This document shows positions 48,200 through 59,194 of a stretch of 64,000 nt of DNA, piece after piece (positions within the stretch are counted from its first letter, which is position 1; each line of letters starts with the position of its first letter). The translations under genes and the position numbers were made by a program. The stretch comes from Perna viridis. Taxonomy: Eukaryota. The notes under the pieces were generated by a model that saw only the letters and a list, made by a program, of their open reading frames with translations, made no database searches and had not been told where the DNA came from. The stretch covers positions 19,158,001 through 19,222,000 of the forward strand of contig CM074513.1 of NCBI GenBank assembly GCA_037379345.1, written 5' to 3'.

Positions 48200-50030
48200 C
48201 ACACTTTACGTTAATCGTTCTATTCTGTTCCGAATGCAAGATGAATTTTCCTACTGCCACACATATCCCACCTTTTTAGCACTGCCTCTGCCTTTTCCTG
48301 TCCGACGTTGTCATTCCATTGAACATGGAGTATGGCTAAACCACAGGGACGACCCTCTGCCAGTGTGGCTTTGCGGCATATATTCAAACGCCGATCTCTC
48401 ACACGAACATAAACCAACTGGTAGTGTTAAAATAAGTTTCAGTATACGATAAATGTTCGAATAGAATTCCGGGTCGGCAAAAGATATTACGTAAGTGAGC
48501 GTCTCAAAGACTGAGGCAAGCTTAACCTGTTGAATTTTGCTACCCATCTGTCTACTTCTTGCGGAAAGTCATGGGGGTAGTAAATCGTTCATGTGCTCGT
48601 TTTTCATAACACATTGAGATGTCAAATTTTGACGAGATTAGAAACTCAGACTGAAGAAGAATTGAGAGCTGTCGGATGTAGCCCAGTGTGTACTGTAACA
48701 TAACTGTGACAATGATTAAATCAAATTTAAGGAGCATGGCATGCTACGATATGCATCGACTGCGGCTTGGCTTTAATAGTTTGACAGCACGATTTTAAGA
48801 ACGTTGAGGGGGATTACAATGATCAAGAAGCCTTGATAAGCTGTTTATCCTAGATGTCCACTTAGTCTCTGCCAGTTTTGGCACCATGTTCTATCTCATG
48901 GCAGCTTCAAAATGTGATTCCTCATTTTCATAGAGTAGGTCGAAATCAACTCTTTATTCCCTTGTTGAACCTCATTCATCATAATGGCTTTTCGCTTACG
49001 CCATACAAAAACTATGTATTTCTAGCTTCAACAACTTTATTGCATGTGATAACAATTATTAGGTTGAGACGATGAGAATTGCAATGAACGAAATATTTGT
49101 CTTCTATACATGCATGGTGGCACAGTACAGCTTTCACAGCCTTGTCCCCTCAATTTAGTCAGATCAAAGCCCCACACTTATTATAGATTATTCAACACTG
49201 CATTACAAAGAATCTGTTTGTTCAACTTCTACTTTCCCAGAAATATCTTTATTTACTTGTTATTTGTCTTTCTCCATGTTCACGTCTCTTACACAAACAG
49301 ATAACTGTTTCTTTTCCGCTAAATCTGTAGTCTCGTCAATTATCACACTGAAGAATTCTGACTCAGCACAGCGACTTCTAATGACATATAGAATTTCTGG
49401 TGATAGATATTAAGGTGTTGATATTATCAAATGAAATTTGAGGACATCATCCACTCAAAAAAGTATTGAAAGGTACCATCTTCCTTTCGTTCATCTTTAA
49501 GCCATTTTTCATGAAATGCAATATTTATATACCAGGCTCTCCTTTGACTGTCATCAAGAACATTTCACTTTTTCCTTAGAATTCTGAAGTCTTTCTCACT
49601 TCGAATGCCTTTCGAATGTGCTTCTTTTGTCTTCAGAAGCATTTTTACCATCTCTTAAGCCCGCCATTGTGAATTCTGGGTTCTTGTTCGATACAGTAGT
49701 CGAAAATGCTATTCAGTATAAACAGAATACACTGTAATCTGACGAAAAATACCACAATCAGGGACGTTTTTCTCCCATTTCAGATTGTATAGTCGTCCCC
49801 GAGCATTAATGGGATATTCGACTTTGCTGTCTGGCATCCATCTTGGGTGTTGCTGACGCTCATCATCCGACGGAGTTTTGTTGATGAGTTTGATTGGATC
49901 TTTTTTCCTAAGTAAGCGCAGATTGTGAACTAGATGTAGATTGTATTGGTTGAATACTCAGTAGTAGATGCATCGGTCAATAAAGTTTGCTGTTGCTCGT
50001 CTGTGTTTAGGATTCGTTTTGATTTACTGA
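48200..50030 (-). mobile_element. Decayed hAT-superfamily transposase (ZMYM1/THAP12-like)
   Basis: Minus-strand fragments: TTF-type Zn finger (WYFSSDYSVFCLY), FFSVIIDETTDL..KQLSVCVR (first catalytic Asp), hATC dimerisation ILTLPVGLCSCERS ... GLAILHV; many stops and frameshifts. Confidence 0.75.
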
Positions 50031-50038
50031 TTTATTCA

Positions 50039-50152
50039 GTGCACCTGGTCCATGCTCCCTGTTTTAAGTGGAGTTCGAGTTGCTCATTGGCTTTTGTTAC
50101 TTTGTATGTATGATTTCAGTTACTTTATGTTCTTTGTTGTGTATGATTACTC
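50039..50152 (+). mobile_element. Naiad-type PLE 3' UTR fragment
   Basis: gtgcacctggtccatgctccc...gagttgctcat. Confidence 0.65.
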
Positions 50153-53100
50153 CTACAGTCCAAAATGAGTCACAAACCAAATGCATTTAGAAAGCTCGAT
50201 CAAATTTCATAGAGCTCATCGTTTTGGTAGAGAGTATTGTGTCAAAGATCCACAAAACGGCCCCAAATTATACTCAACTAGACCTAAAGTATGTCGATTT
50301 AGATGCTATAAAGATTGTGAAATAGTTGGAAGTGCCGCTGCCAATCTACAAGGATTCCGTTTCGGTGTAAATGAGCAGTACCCGAAAGAAAATAATGAAC
50401 ATCGCCAATTTCAATGGCCTTTCTATAAGGAAGCTGAAAATCCACGTAAAAAGAGCTCAGTTCAAGAAAGACAAATAGTTAATTGATGGTAGTAAATTTG
50501 TTCCACCTGTTAAGAGCGGAGCCGATATGGAAACAAATGAGACCATTCCGTGAACTAGGGGCTCCACCTAAGGCTGCATCTCAACCAACTCGAGGACGTG
50601 GTAGACCCGATAGAGGACCCAGAGACAGACATAGCACGGTCAAGGAGGATCGATGGTTAACAGACAGTGTTATGACGAAACACATTCTATCGTAAATGAC
50701 TTTCATTATGAAAACCTTGTCAATAATAACAATGTTGTACTTGAACAGTGTTTACATTTCTTAGTCTTAAACGTTTGTGGTTTTAAAAAAAGAATTTTAT
50801 ACCCTGAATTTAGAGATCCTCTAAACGAAAATGATTTTATTTGTGTAACAGAATCTAAAATAAATGACCTAGATGTTATAAATTCAAATAATTATTTATT
50901 TTTCTACAAAAATCGAAAAACACCTGTTCGATTAACAAATCTGGTTGTATTATTGTTGATTGTGTAATGACGAAGTTAGAAAAAACATATACATGTAGTT
51001 CTGATCGAGACGAATTGCCCATACATTTATTAGTCTAAGTTGAAGAAAAATCTTGGAAACTTGCCTAATGATGTTGTGTGTGGATTATTTAACATTCCAC
51101 CAGAAAACTCTCGATATGCATTCGATGAGATTGAATTGGAATTTCATATTTTGCAAAAGGATTTTTCAAACATTCGTTTTGGCGACTTCAATAGCAGGAC
51201 CGGTATTTTGCCAGACTATTACATTTCCAGAGAGACAGACAAAATGATTGTGAAGTTTTGTTTTTGTGAACATTTTTCTGATACACAAGAACTAAACCTT
51301 TTGAATATCCAAAAGAGATAGAATTTCAGTTGCCAAAACTAAATTATTATGGAAGAAAATTTTTATCATTTTGTAAAATCAAAAAAGTGTATATATATTA
51401 AATTGGCGAATATCTGGTGATAGAAATGGTAAAGCAAGGAGCAGAAATACAAGTGTTTTTGATTGGTTGATTATACGTTTTGTACTGCAAATATGATGCA
51501 CAGGGTAAACGTTTTTGAGGTGTTCGATCTTTGCAGTCTATATTCAAATATACAATGTCCTTTGCATTTAGTTATCGATATTCACAAAGACCAGGACTTC
51601 AACGAAAGTTACAAGGAAATGCAAACGAATCATTCTGACAAAATAGGTCACTGGGATCAAAATCGATTAAACGACTATAGAAATAATGTTGATCTCAATA
51701 GAGTTAAGAACTAAAACTACATTATCAAAAGATGATTTACAAAGTGTTGATCAGATTTGTATGAATAATATTGTGCTTAAAATAACGGATGTTTTGAACT
51801 TGAGATAAAGGATACTACAGACACTGTGAAGTCAGCCTCATATCTTGACCTACACTTAGACATCGATGGTAAAGGAAAACTATTGACCAAATTTTACGAT
51901 AAACGTGATGACTTTTCATTCAGATTTGTCAACTTTCCTTTCATCTGTGGCAACATCCCTTCGGCTCCTGCGTATGGAGTGTTCATATCACAACTCATAC
52001 TTTATGCCAGAGCTTGCCGAAACTACGCAGACTTTTTGCATCGCGCTAGAACTCTAACAAATAGGCTTCAGGAGCAGGGCTATGCTGCTACAAGATTGAA
52101 GTCATCACTACAGAAGTTTTATGGTCGTTATCATGAACTCGTGGATCGTTATGGTGTATCCATCAGCACCATGAGAACTGATTTATTCAACGGGTCATAG
52201 TTTTCCTCCCCTCGTTTGTCTACCCCGGACTTGACTTTTTATGAGCAACTCGGTGGGTGTTTCTAGAAAAGCAGAGAGACGCTTACCCTACCGGTGCACC
52301 TGGTCCATGCTCCCAGTTTTTAGTGGAGTCTGAGTTGCTCATTTACTTTTGTTACTTTGTATGTATGATTTTAGTTACTTTATATTCTTTGTTGTGTATG
52401 TCTGTTTTCCATGTCTGGTCTTTGTCCCAGGATTACATTCTTTTGATTACCGCTATAACCTTGGTTCCCTTGATTACTCTTGCTTAATTCAAAAGATTGG
52501 TTTGACAAGGGTTGTTAAAGAAAGAGAAAAGAAAAAGCACGAAGATTATACAAACATCATTGCTCTTCTATATTTAAATCATGCCTTTGGGCTAATGAAA
52601 AAATATGTAAGAAAACTTTACACAACAGTATTAGGAATTATAGTTTTGAACTAAAAAAAAGATAAAATCTGTGAAAAGTAATAATCCCCATGAATTCCAG
52701 ATAATCCTGAATGGGGAAAGATTAGTGCTCAGAATAGTTATAGTAATTGATACTTTATTTGATTTTTTTAAGGAAAAAAATAAAATAAAAATAAAAATTA
52801 CGAAGAGGTACAAAATGTAAATCATCCTGACGATCTTAACCAATCTATTACTATTGAGGAGTTATCAAAAAATGCTAAAAATAACAAGTCTCCAGCAAAT
52901 GATTTTTTAATAAATGAATATTTATGTGTTACTGCTGATGTGATATCTGATGTATATGTGAATGTATTTAATATCATACTTGACACAGGAATAATGCTAG
53001 AAGCCTGGCATATGGTAACATTATTCCAATTTTTAAAAACAAAGGTAGTAAAACTAAACCTAAGAATTATAGACCTTTTACAATTTTATCATATCTTGGA

Positions 53101-54376
53101 AAAAATTGTACTTCGATATTATACCATGGACTGTGTTACTATTTAGAAAATAGTTCTATATTACTCGAAAATCAAGCAGGATTTAGAAGTGGATATAGTA
53201 CATCTGATCATATATTTTCTTTGTATATCTTATTTGAATCACTACATGTTAAACGAAAGAAATTACGCTGTGCATTAATCGATTTTCAAAGAGCGTTTGA
53301 TGAAGTCAGGATGAAAAGCGGTCCTTTCTAACAACCCGAAAATATCTATACGAAAAAAGTTTGAACTATATATGCTGTGTATGGTGTATTGAGAAAACGT
53401 AGATGAAGCAAGCTATCTATAGATTGTCAACTAGAAATTTTTGATAAATGCGTTTTTCCTATATGGATATGGCTACGAGATTTGGGCATTTGAAAACATG
53501 GACATTTTAAAGCGTCTACGTTTAAAATTTTGCAAACATATTTTACATTTAAAACAGCTTAGTTCAAACGTTATTGGATATGCCGAGCTGGGACGATATC
53601 CTTTAGAGATAAAAGCAAAGAGTCAATTAGTATTTTTTTTAGGTAGTCTTATAACAGGGAAAGACAGCAACATATTTAGTTTGTTGTGCAAATCCATGTT
53701 TATCAACTATGATCATAATGGTATTGACAAGAAGTGGCTATCAATTATCAAAAACATTTAGATAACTGTGGTCTGTCTTATTTATGGAATATGCAATATG
53801 CAGACAAAGGTGTTGCAAAATATATTGAACAGATTCTTAAAGATCATTTCACTCAATTGTGTTTATCTCAGATAAACGAATCACCAAAATTTCTTTGTTA
53901 TAGAATACAGAAAAAAAAAATATCTAGAATTATTAACAAATAGTTATTTACTCTATGCAAATTCAGATGCGATAGTCACCGTTTACCAATCGAGACAGGA
54001 AGGTAACAGGGTGTTCCAAGGAACGAGAGAATTTGTCAACTTTGCGACTTCAGTGACATCAGTGACGAATTCCACTACACTCTATGTTGCAAATATTTTT
54101 CGTTATATATAAAAAAAACTTCCTGAGTATTATTTGAAAAATCCTATTTTTTAAGTTTGATAATATTTTCAACACAACAAGTATTATAGTTTAGAAAAAA
54201 ATGAGCAGATTTTTAAAGTTGATAAATATGAAAGTCAAACCCCCGGACTAATCTTCTGTATTTATTAAGTTTTGTTTTTTTTCACACATGCATAAAATTG
54301 TTATATATCATTGTATATATGTTTCTCTTTAACTATGTAATTTGTAGTTGATGAGAATAAAGTTTTATTCATTCAT
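50153..54376 (+). mobile_element. Decayed non-LTR retrotransposon (RTE-X-like): ORF1, APE endonuclease, partial RT, C-terminal Cys/His motif
   Basis: ORF1-like RAHRFG...RFGVNEQYP; APE LNVCG, ICVTES, GDFNSRTG, VDY; RT KNNKSP, KNYRP, ENQAGFR.GYSTSDHIF, IDFQRAFD; YGYEIW...ELGRYPL; HRLPIETGR...C..C....DEFHY..C; 3' aataaagttttattcattca. The RT core appears deleted. Confidence 0.75.
51796..52481 (+). mobile_element. Naiad-type PLE 3' portion (RT thumb and UTR) nested in the LINE
   Basis: The 124-aa ORF is nearly identical to the C-terminus of 15722-16321; ends GATTACTCTT. Confidence 0.85.
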
Positions 54377-55707
54377 GATATCGTTAGGGGCTGACCAGTC
54401 GATTTGTGGGGAAGATATTTTGAATAAATATTCTTATGCAGGATTTTGAGAAAATATTTGAATTTGAACTTTATTGATGTCTATTGCTCCATACCTTATG
54501 TAAAAGTAAAAACCTTATCAATAAAAGTAATAACCATACACACTACCGAACGAAAAACTAACGATTACAATGTACACCCAGCATCGCATGCGAAACCGAT
54601 AGATTACACACAACAGAAACATTGTATTATATAGATCCGCAGAAATAGGCCAAGGAACGGAATTTAAATTGAAAGAAGCCTTTAAATTCAAATAAATATG
54701 AGATTTTTATAGTTCATTTTAAAACATCAACAAAAATCATATTCAATATCTAGATTCTTTTGTAAAGGACAATCGTTTCCTTATTATATATCCCCCCATT
54801 TCAGCTATCGCCCCATTTACTTAACAACGCAATTACCAGCTGCCATGCTCTTTTGTAGGATGTGACTGACTCATATGATATGAACACAATAAACTTTAAT
54901 AAATAATTTGACCCTTTTTGTCACTACTGGGTTGTTTTTGTAAAGTTTGGAATTCAATATACTTTAAAAGGAGTTAATTTACCTATAAAATACATTTTCA
55001 AATGAAAAAAAAAATTCTTTTATAGGCAGTCAGCAAATAGTGGAAAAGTGCAGTAATTCGAAAATTTCTTCAATAAACATTTACATTTTGACATATGAAG
55101 TTAAAGGTACATATTTCTGTATACAACTATTAACGGGACTTTTTAAATTGATTATCCAGTATCTGTCATAACTTTATAGGTATAATTAATATATTAGTAA
55201 TGGATTATAAATAGTCATAAAAATCGCGCTAATCTGTTGTAATTCTATTAAACTAGCCAATCAGTTCATTTTTCTTTTCAATTCTTTTGAGTTTTTATTT
55301 CAATTACTGTAAGGAATACGGACCAGATGAATCACATCTTCCTGATAATGAAATTGCAATGTAGTTCATATAAATTATTCCTCAAATTACTGACACTTAT
55401 TTCGATTTATTTCAATCATAGCAGGATTTTGATATGACCTGATACAAAGCTCTTCAGACCACAGTCGTGGTAAAAATGTGATAAACATATGACCAGAGTT
55501 ATAGACTTAGGACTTTTTTTCCCGATATCATAAACTTAACAAAATTTTACAGATGTCACAACAGCATTTTACACCAAAACAGTACGCACTTCTTGCTAAG
55601 CATATGCTGCCTCTGCTTAAAAAAATGGAGAAACTAGTCATACTATATATAGAATCGAAATAATCATTTTTTATCATTGTTTTATCATGAACTGTCGCTC
55701 GATAATA

Positions 55708-55885
55708 AAAGAGTAATCAAGGGAACCACAATTCCGTTAGAATTCAAAAGAATGCAACATAGGGACAAATGCAAGTCGTGTAGCATTGAACAGGTACACT
55801 GGTAGGGTAAGCGTCTTCTGTTTTTCTAGAAGCACCCATACAGCTGCTCATAAAAAGTCAAGTCTAGGGTAGACGAAGGAGGAAG
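55708..55885 (-). mobile_element. Naiad-type PLE 3' UTR fragment with internal deletion
   Basis: aaagagtaatcaagggaacc ... ggtagggtaagcgtc...tttctagaa...gctcataaaaagtcaagtc. Confidence 0.65.
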
Positions 55886-56950
55886 GGAAAACTATTGCAT
55901 ATTGAAACTGTGAATATAGAAGTTAACATAACGCAACATAAATAACCAGCGGATGTTTGAACAGTAATAAAATGGAGATTTATATTTTAATTCATGCGCA
56001 AAGCATTTCTGTTACGTTTATTGTGTAAAACACAAATTTCCCAGCACGTTCAAGTTCAAAAGTTTCAGAAAACGTATGCAGCAAAATGCGTTTCGGTGGT
56101 ATGTCTTTGATGTTTTTGGGACGTTATTAAACGACTCTCTGATAGGAGTTATCGAACACCTTTTAAAAAAGTGCTCATGGCGCTGTTCTGCATTGATGAA
56201 CGGCTGTTTTTCTCTACAACTGGAGGAGATCCAATTCCACTGAATTGCCAGACACTGTAACATCACTCAAGGATGCTTTCTCTATTTGAAAAGACCATTA
56301 TTTGACCTCAGCATCACCGGATATGCTCAGATTTTTTTCAATAGAATGTTAGAAAAACGAGGTTTTTTTACAGAGTTATCTGCCCTTGAAATGTTCAATA
56401 TGTGATATGGCAAATTTTTCTTTTTTTCATTGATTATCATAGTGCAAATAGTCAAATTAAACTTTTAAAATAGAGATTTTTATTCCACATGATTCTTACA
56501 ACGACTGTCACTAAACAGCTACTGAAACCTCTTGGTGACCTTATAGATATTATTTATAATTCAAACGTTTTCAGAACATTTTTTTCGTATCAAATATATT
56601 GTAATTTTGAACTCGCTTATCTGCTTCGTCTGCAATTTTCATGACGAAGGACCTGACATTTTGTCTCCAATAGACAATGAAATGTGTACCCACTTTGTCA
56701 AATTCATGTGTTTTGTGTGAGAATGGTTCATGTTTTTCTTCTATTTTGCATGATACTTACATATTCCAGCCTCAAGTTGATACAAATTCAAACTACAGAT
56801 TCTGTCTTTTGTCTATAGTTTTAGGTATGTTTGTTTTGATATAGATAAGTTTTTACATATTATTTATTGAAATCAAATTATGATGTGTAACAATCGCATC
56901 ACACAGAAAAATGACATGAAGTTAACATATCTTATTCTGCTGCTAAAATA

Positions 56951-59194
56951 TCAACTTACTCTTGGCAAAACATTTCTATCAATATTAACATTGAAGGCGG
57001 TAGACTGTAAATATATTCTTTTCTGTATCTGTTTCCGGAAAGGGTGCTTCAAATTCTCGTTAATTGGATCATTAAAAACCTTCAGTAACTGTTCATAAAA
57101 TGATATTTTTCTCTCACATATGTTAAGTGATAATCCACATCTCTTAAGTGCTTTTGATTCCGATGACATAAATTTTTCCATACCTTTATCAAATTTAACA
57201 ACGTATACTTTTGCAATTTTTCTTCTCATCATTGAGCCCCATGCAAGCTCAAATTCAAGTCGCTTTGTCTTGGATAGATCGAGCGTTTTATACATACCTT
57301 TAGTCTGTAAGATTAGAACATATTTACTTTTATTCATATAAGTCATGACGTTTTCCTCCTCGGATGCTCCAAACCAAGCATCTCTACAAGAAATATAAGT
57401 TGACAGATTATTAGCCTTTAAGAATTGATCTAATTCTTTTAATACAAATGAACGAATTTCCTCGTTACTGTCTTCAAACGATATGTACACGTCAGTATCC
57501 CAATTCTCATTTCGTTGCGTTTTTGACTGCATAAGTCTTCTTGCGATAAGAATGTCATGTCTAAAACAAAAGCCTAAAATAATCAACGTAACAAATAGTA
57601 ACATCATGCCTGAAATGACAAATATTAAGGTCAGATCTTTCTTTTTCATTTCACATTCAAGAACATGACTAAGCTCATCTTCGAACAATAAGCCGTTTAT
57701 ATTAGAGCACATCAAGGCATGAGGATACTGTTTTGAGGCTTTTTTAATTAACCTCCATTCTCCAATCCAACGATTATCGCACGTACAAGAAATTCCGTTT
57801 GATCCAAAGTGAAACACATTAGGATCTAAAAGTTTGATTGTTTTTGGGAGGTTGATGAGACTATGGTCTGTTAAAATTATATCCGTGGCTTTAATCAAAG
57901 ACGAAATATCTTCCTCTATTTTCTTGATTAAATTTCCCGTCAGGTCAAGCACCTTCACTTTTAAGAAATAAGGTCTACCCGTATGGATTGTATAGATTTT
58001 GTTGTTACTCATATTTAAAATAATATTATGTCTCGTTTCAGGAACAACTTCAGGAAAGTCCGTACATGATTGGTTTGAACAATCGACAATTAAAATTCTT
58101 TTGGAAGGTTGTGATGTACAAGTACACTTGCAATCTCCATTTTTTGGGCAATAGTCAACAACGTCACAGGTCATTAAATCAGAAAGCGTTTCGTTATGAT
58201 ACACATCAAACAATCTGATATTAGCTAGTGAATCAGGACGTTCGCAGTATTGTTCTGTCAAACCTTTTCTAAATAGTCTATAAACGTCGTCTAAAGCTAG
58301 ATGAAAATATTCTGCCAGTGTACAATCACAAGTATAAGCAGACCCATGCTGCTCAACTTTTCCACAGGGAACATATTCACTTATTTTCAAAAAATCTATT
58401 TCTTTCGAAATCATTAGATATGGTTGTTCACTGACTGTGACGTTTGACAAAATCGAATCCTGACAAATAATGTTTTTCTTATCAGGAGTAAGTTGATGGT
58501 TTTTAATGTTTGTCATTTGCAATCTATTTTTTAAATTTGAATAACTAGTTCGACAAGCGATCTTATTGATTTTTAACATATTTGAAATGTCTAGCTCAAA
58601 CAAATCGTTTCCGTCCATATTAAATGTGAAGATATTACTGATATAGAAAACATTGATGTCCATACTGCGTATCCAGTTATATGATAAATCAACATATCGG
58701 AGTTTTGGTAAGGAATCAAATGTCGTGTTTGATATAGTTGTTATTTGGTTGTACGCCATAACTAAATAATCTAATTCAAGTAAACAGGAGATATTTCCAA
58801 TTGTAGTGAATAAATTATGAGAAACGTCAACTTTTATTAATCTATAGTTGCAAAGATTTTTTGGAAAAGCTCGTAACCTTTGTTTGGTATAGATTAACTG
58901 ATGTTGTCCATACCCCTCGATCAAAGTTATATTTGTTATTAACATGCTTTCGGTGCGTTTCACATCTAAAATTTCAACAAAAACATTAGTCACATTTGTT
59001 ACATTTGATTGCATCATATAATCCGGGATGCCCTCACATGCACAGCAGTGATTTATCTCTAACTCGTTTTCTGAATTGAAGCACACATTTGGACACCAGA
59101 CATCTTTTAAGCCATCCGGGCTTACTAGAGTATATTGTCCAATGACGTTAGTTATTGTTGCAAGGATATATCCAAACTTTGTTGCCCTGTTCAT
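56951..59194 (-). CDS. Toll-like receptor B, divergent short protostome/multi-cysteine-cluster type (747 aa, single coding exon)
   Basis: Intact ORF: weak signal peptide, LRRs (LRYVDLSYNWI), YTCDC, CPKNGDCKCTC, LRRs, ISCTCDN, TM LIFVISGMMLLFVTLIILGFCF and a TIR-like domain (DVYISF...CRDAWFG...SKYVLIL...EFELAW). Confidence 0.88.
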   Translation of the reverse strand: MNRATKFGYILATITNVIGQYTLVSPDGLKDVWCPNVCFNSENELEINHCCACEGIPDYMMQSNVTNVTNVFVEILDVKRTESMLITNITLIEGYGQHQLIYTKQRLRAFPKNLCNYRLIKVDVSHNLFTTIGNISCLLELDYLVMAYNQITTISNTTFDSLPKLRYVDLSYNWIRSMDINVFYISNIFTFNMDGNDLFELDISNMLKINKIACRTSYSNLKNRLQMTNIKNHQLTPDKKNIICQDSILSNVTVSEQPYLMISKEIDFLKISEYVPCGKVEQHGSAYTCDCTLAEYFHLALDDVYRLFRKGLTEQYCERPDSLANIRLFDVYHNETLSDLMTCDVVDYCPKNGDCKCTCTSQPSKRILIVDCSNQSCTDFPEVVPETRHNIILNMSNNKIYTIHTGRPYFLKVKVLDLTGNLIKKIEEDISSLIKATDIILTDHSLINLPKTIKLLDPNVFHFGSNGISCTCDNRWIGEWRLIKKASKQYPHALMCSNINGLLFEDELSHVLECEMKKKDLTLIFVISGMMLLFVTLIILGFCFRHDILIARRLMQSKTQRNENWDTDVYISFEDSNEEIRSFVLKELDQFLKANNLSTYISCRDAWFGASEEENVMTYMNKSKYVLILQTKGMYKTLDLSKTKRLEFELAWGSMMRRKIAKVYVVKFDKGMEKFMSSESKALKRCGLSLNICERKISFYEQLLKVFNDPINENLKHPFRKQIQKRIYLQSTAFNVNIDRNVLPRVS

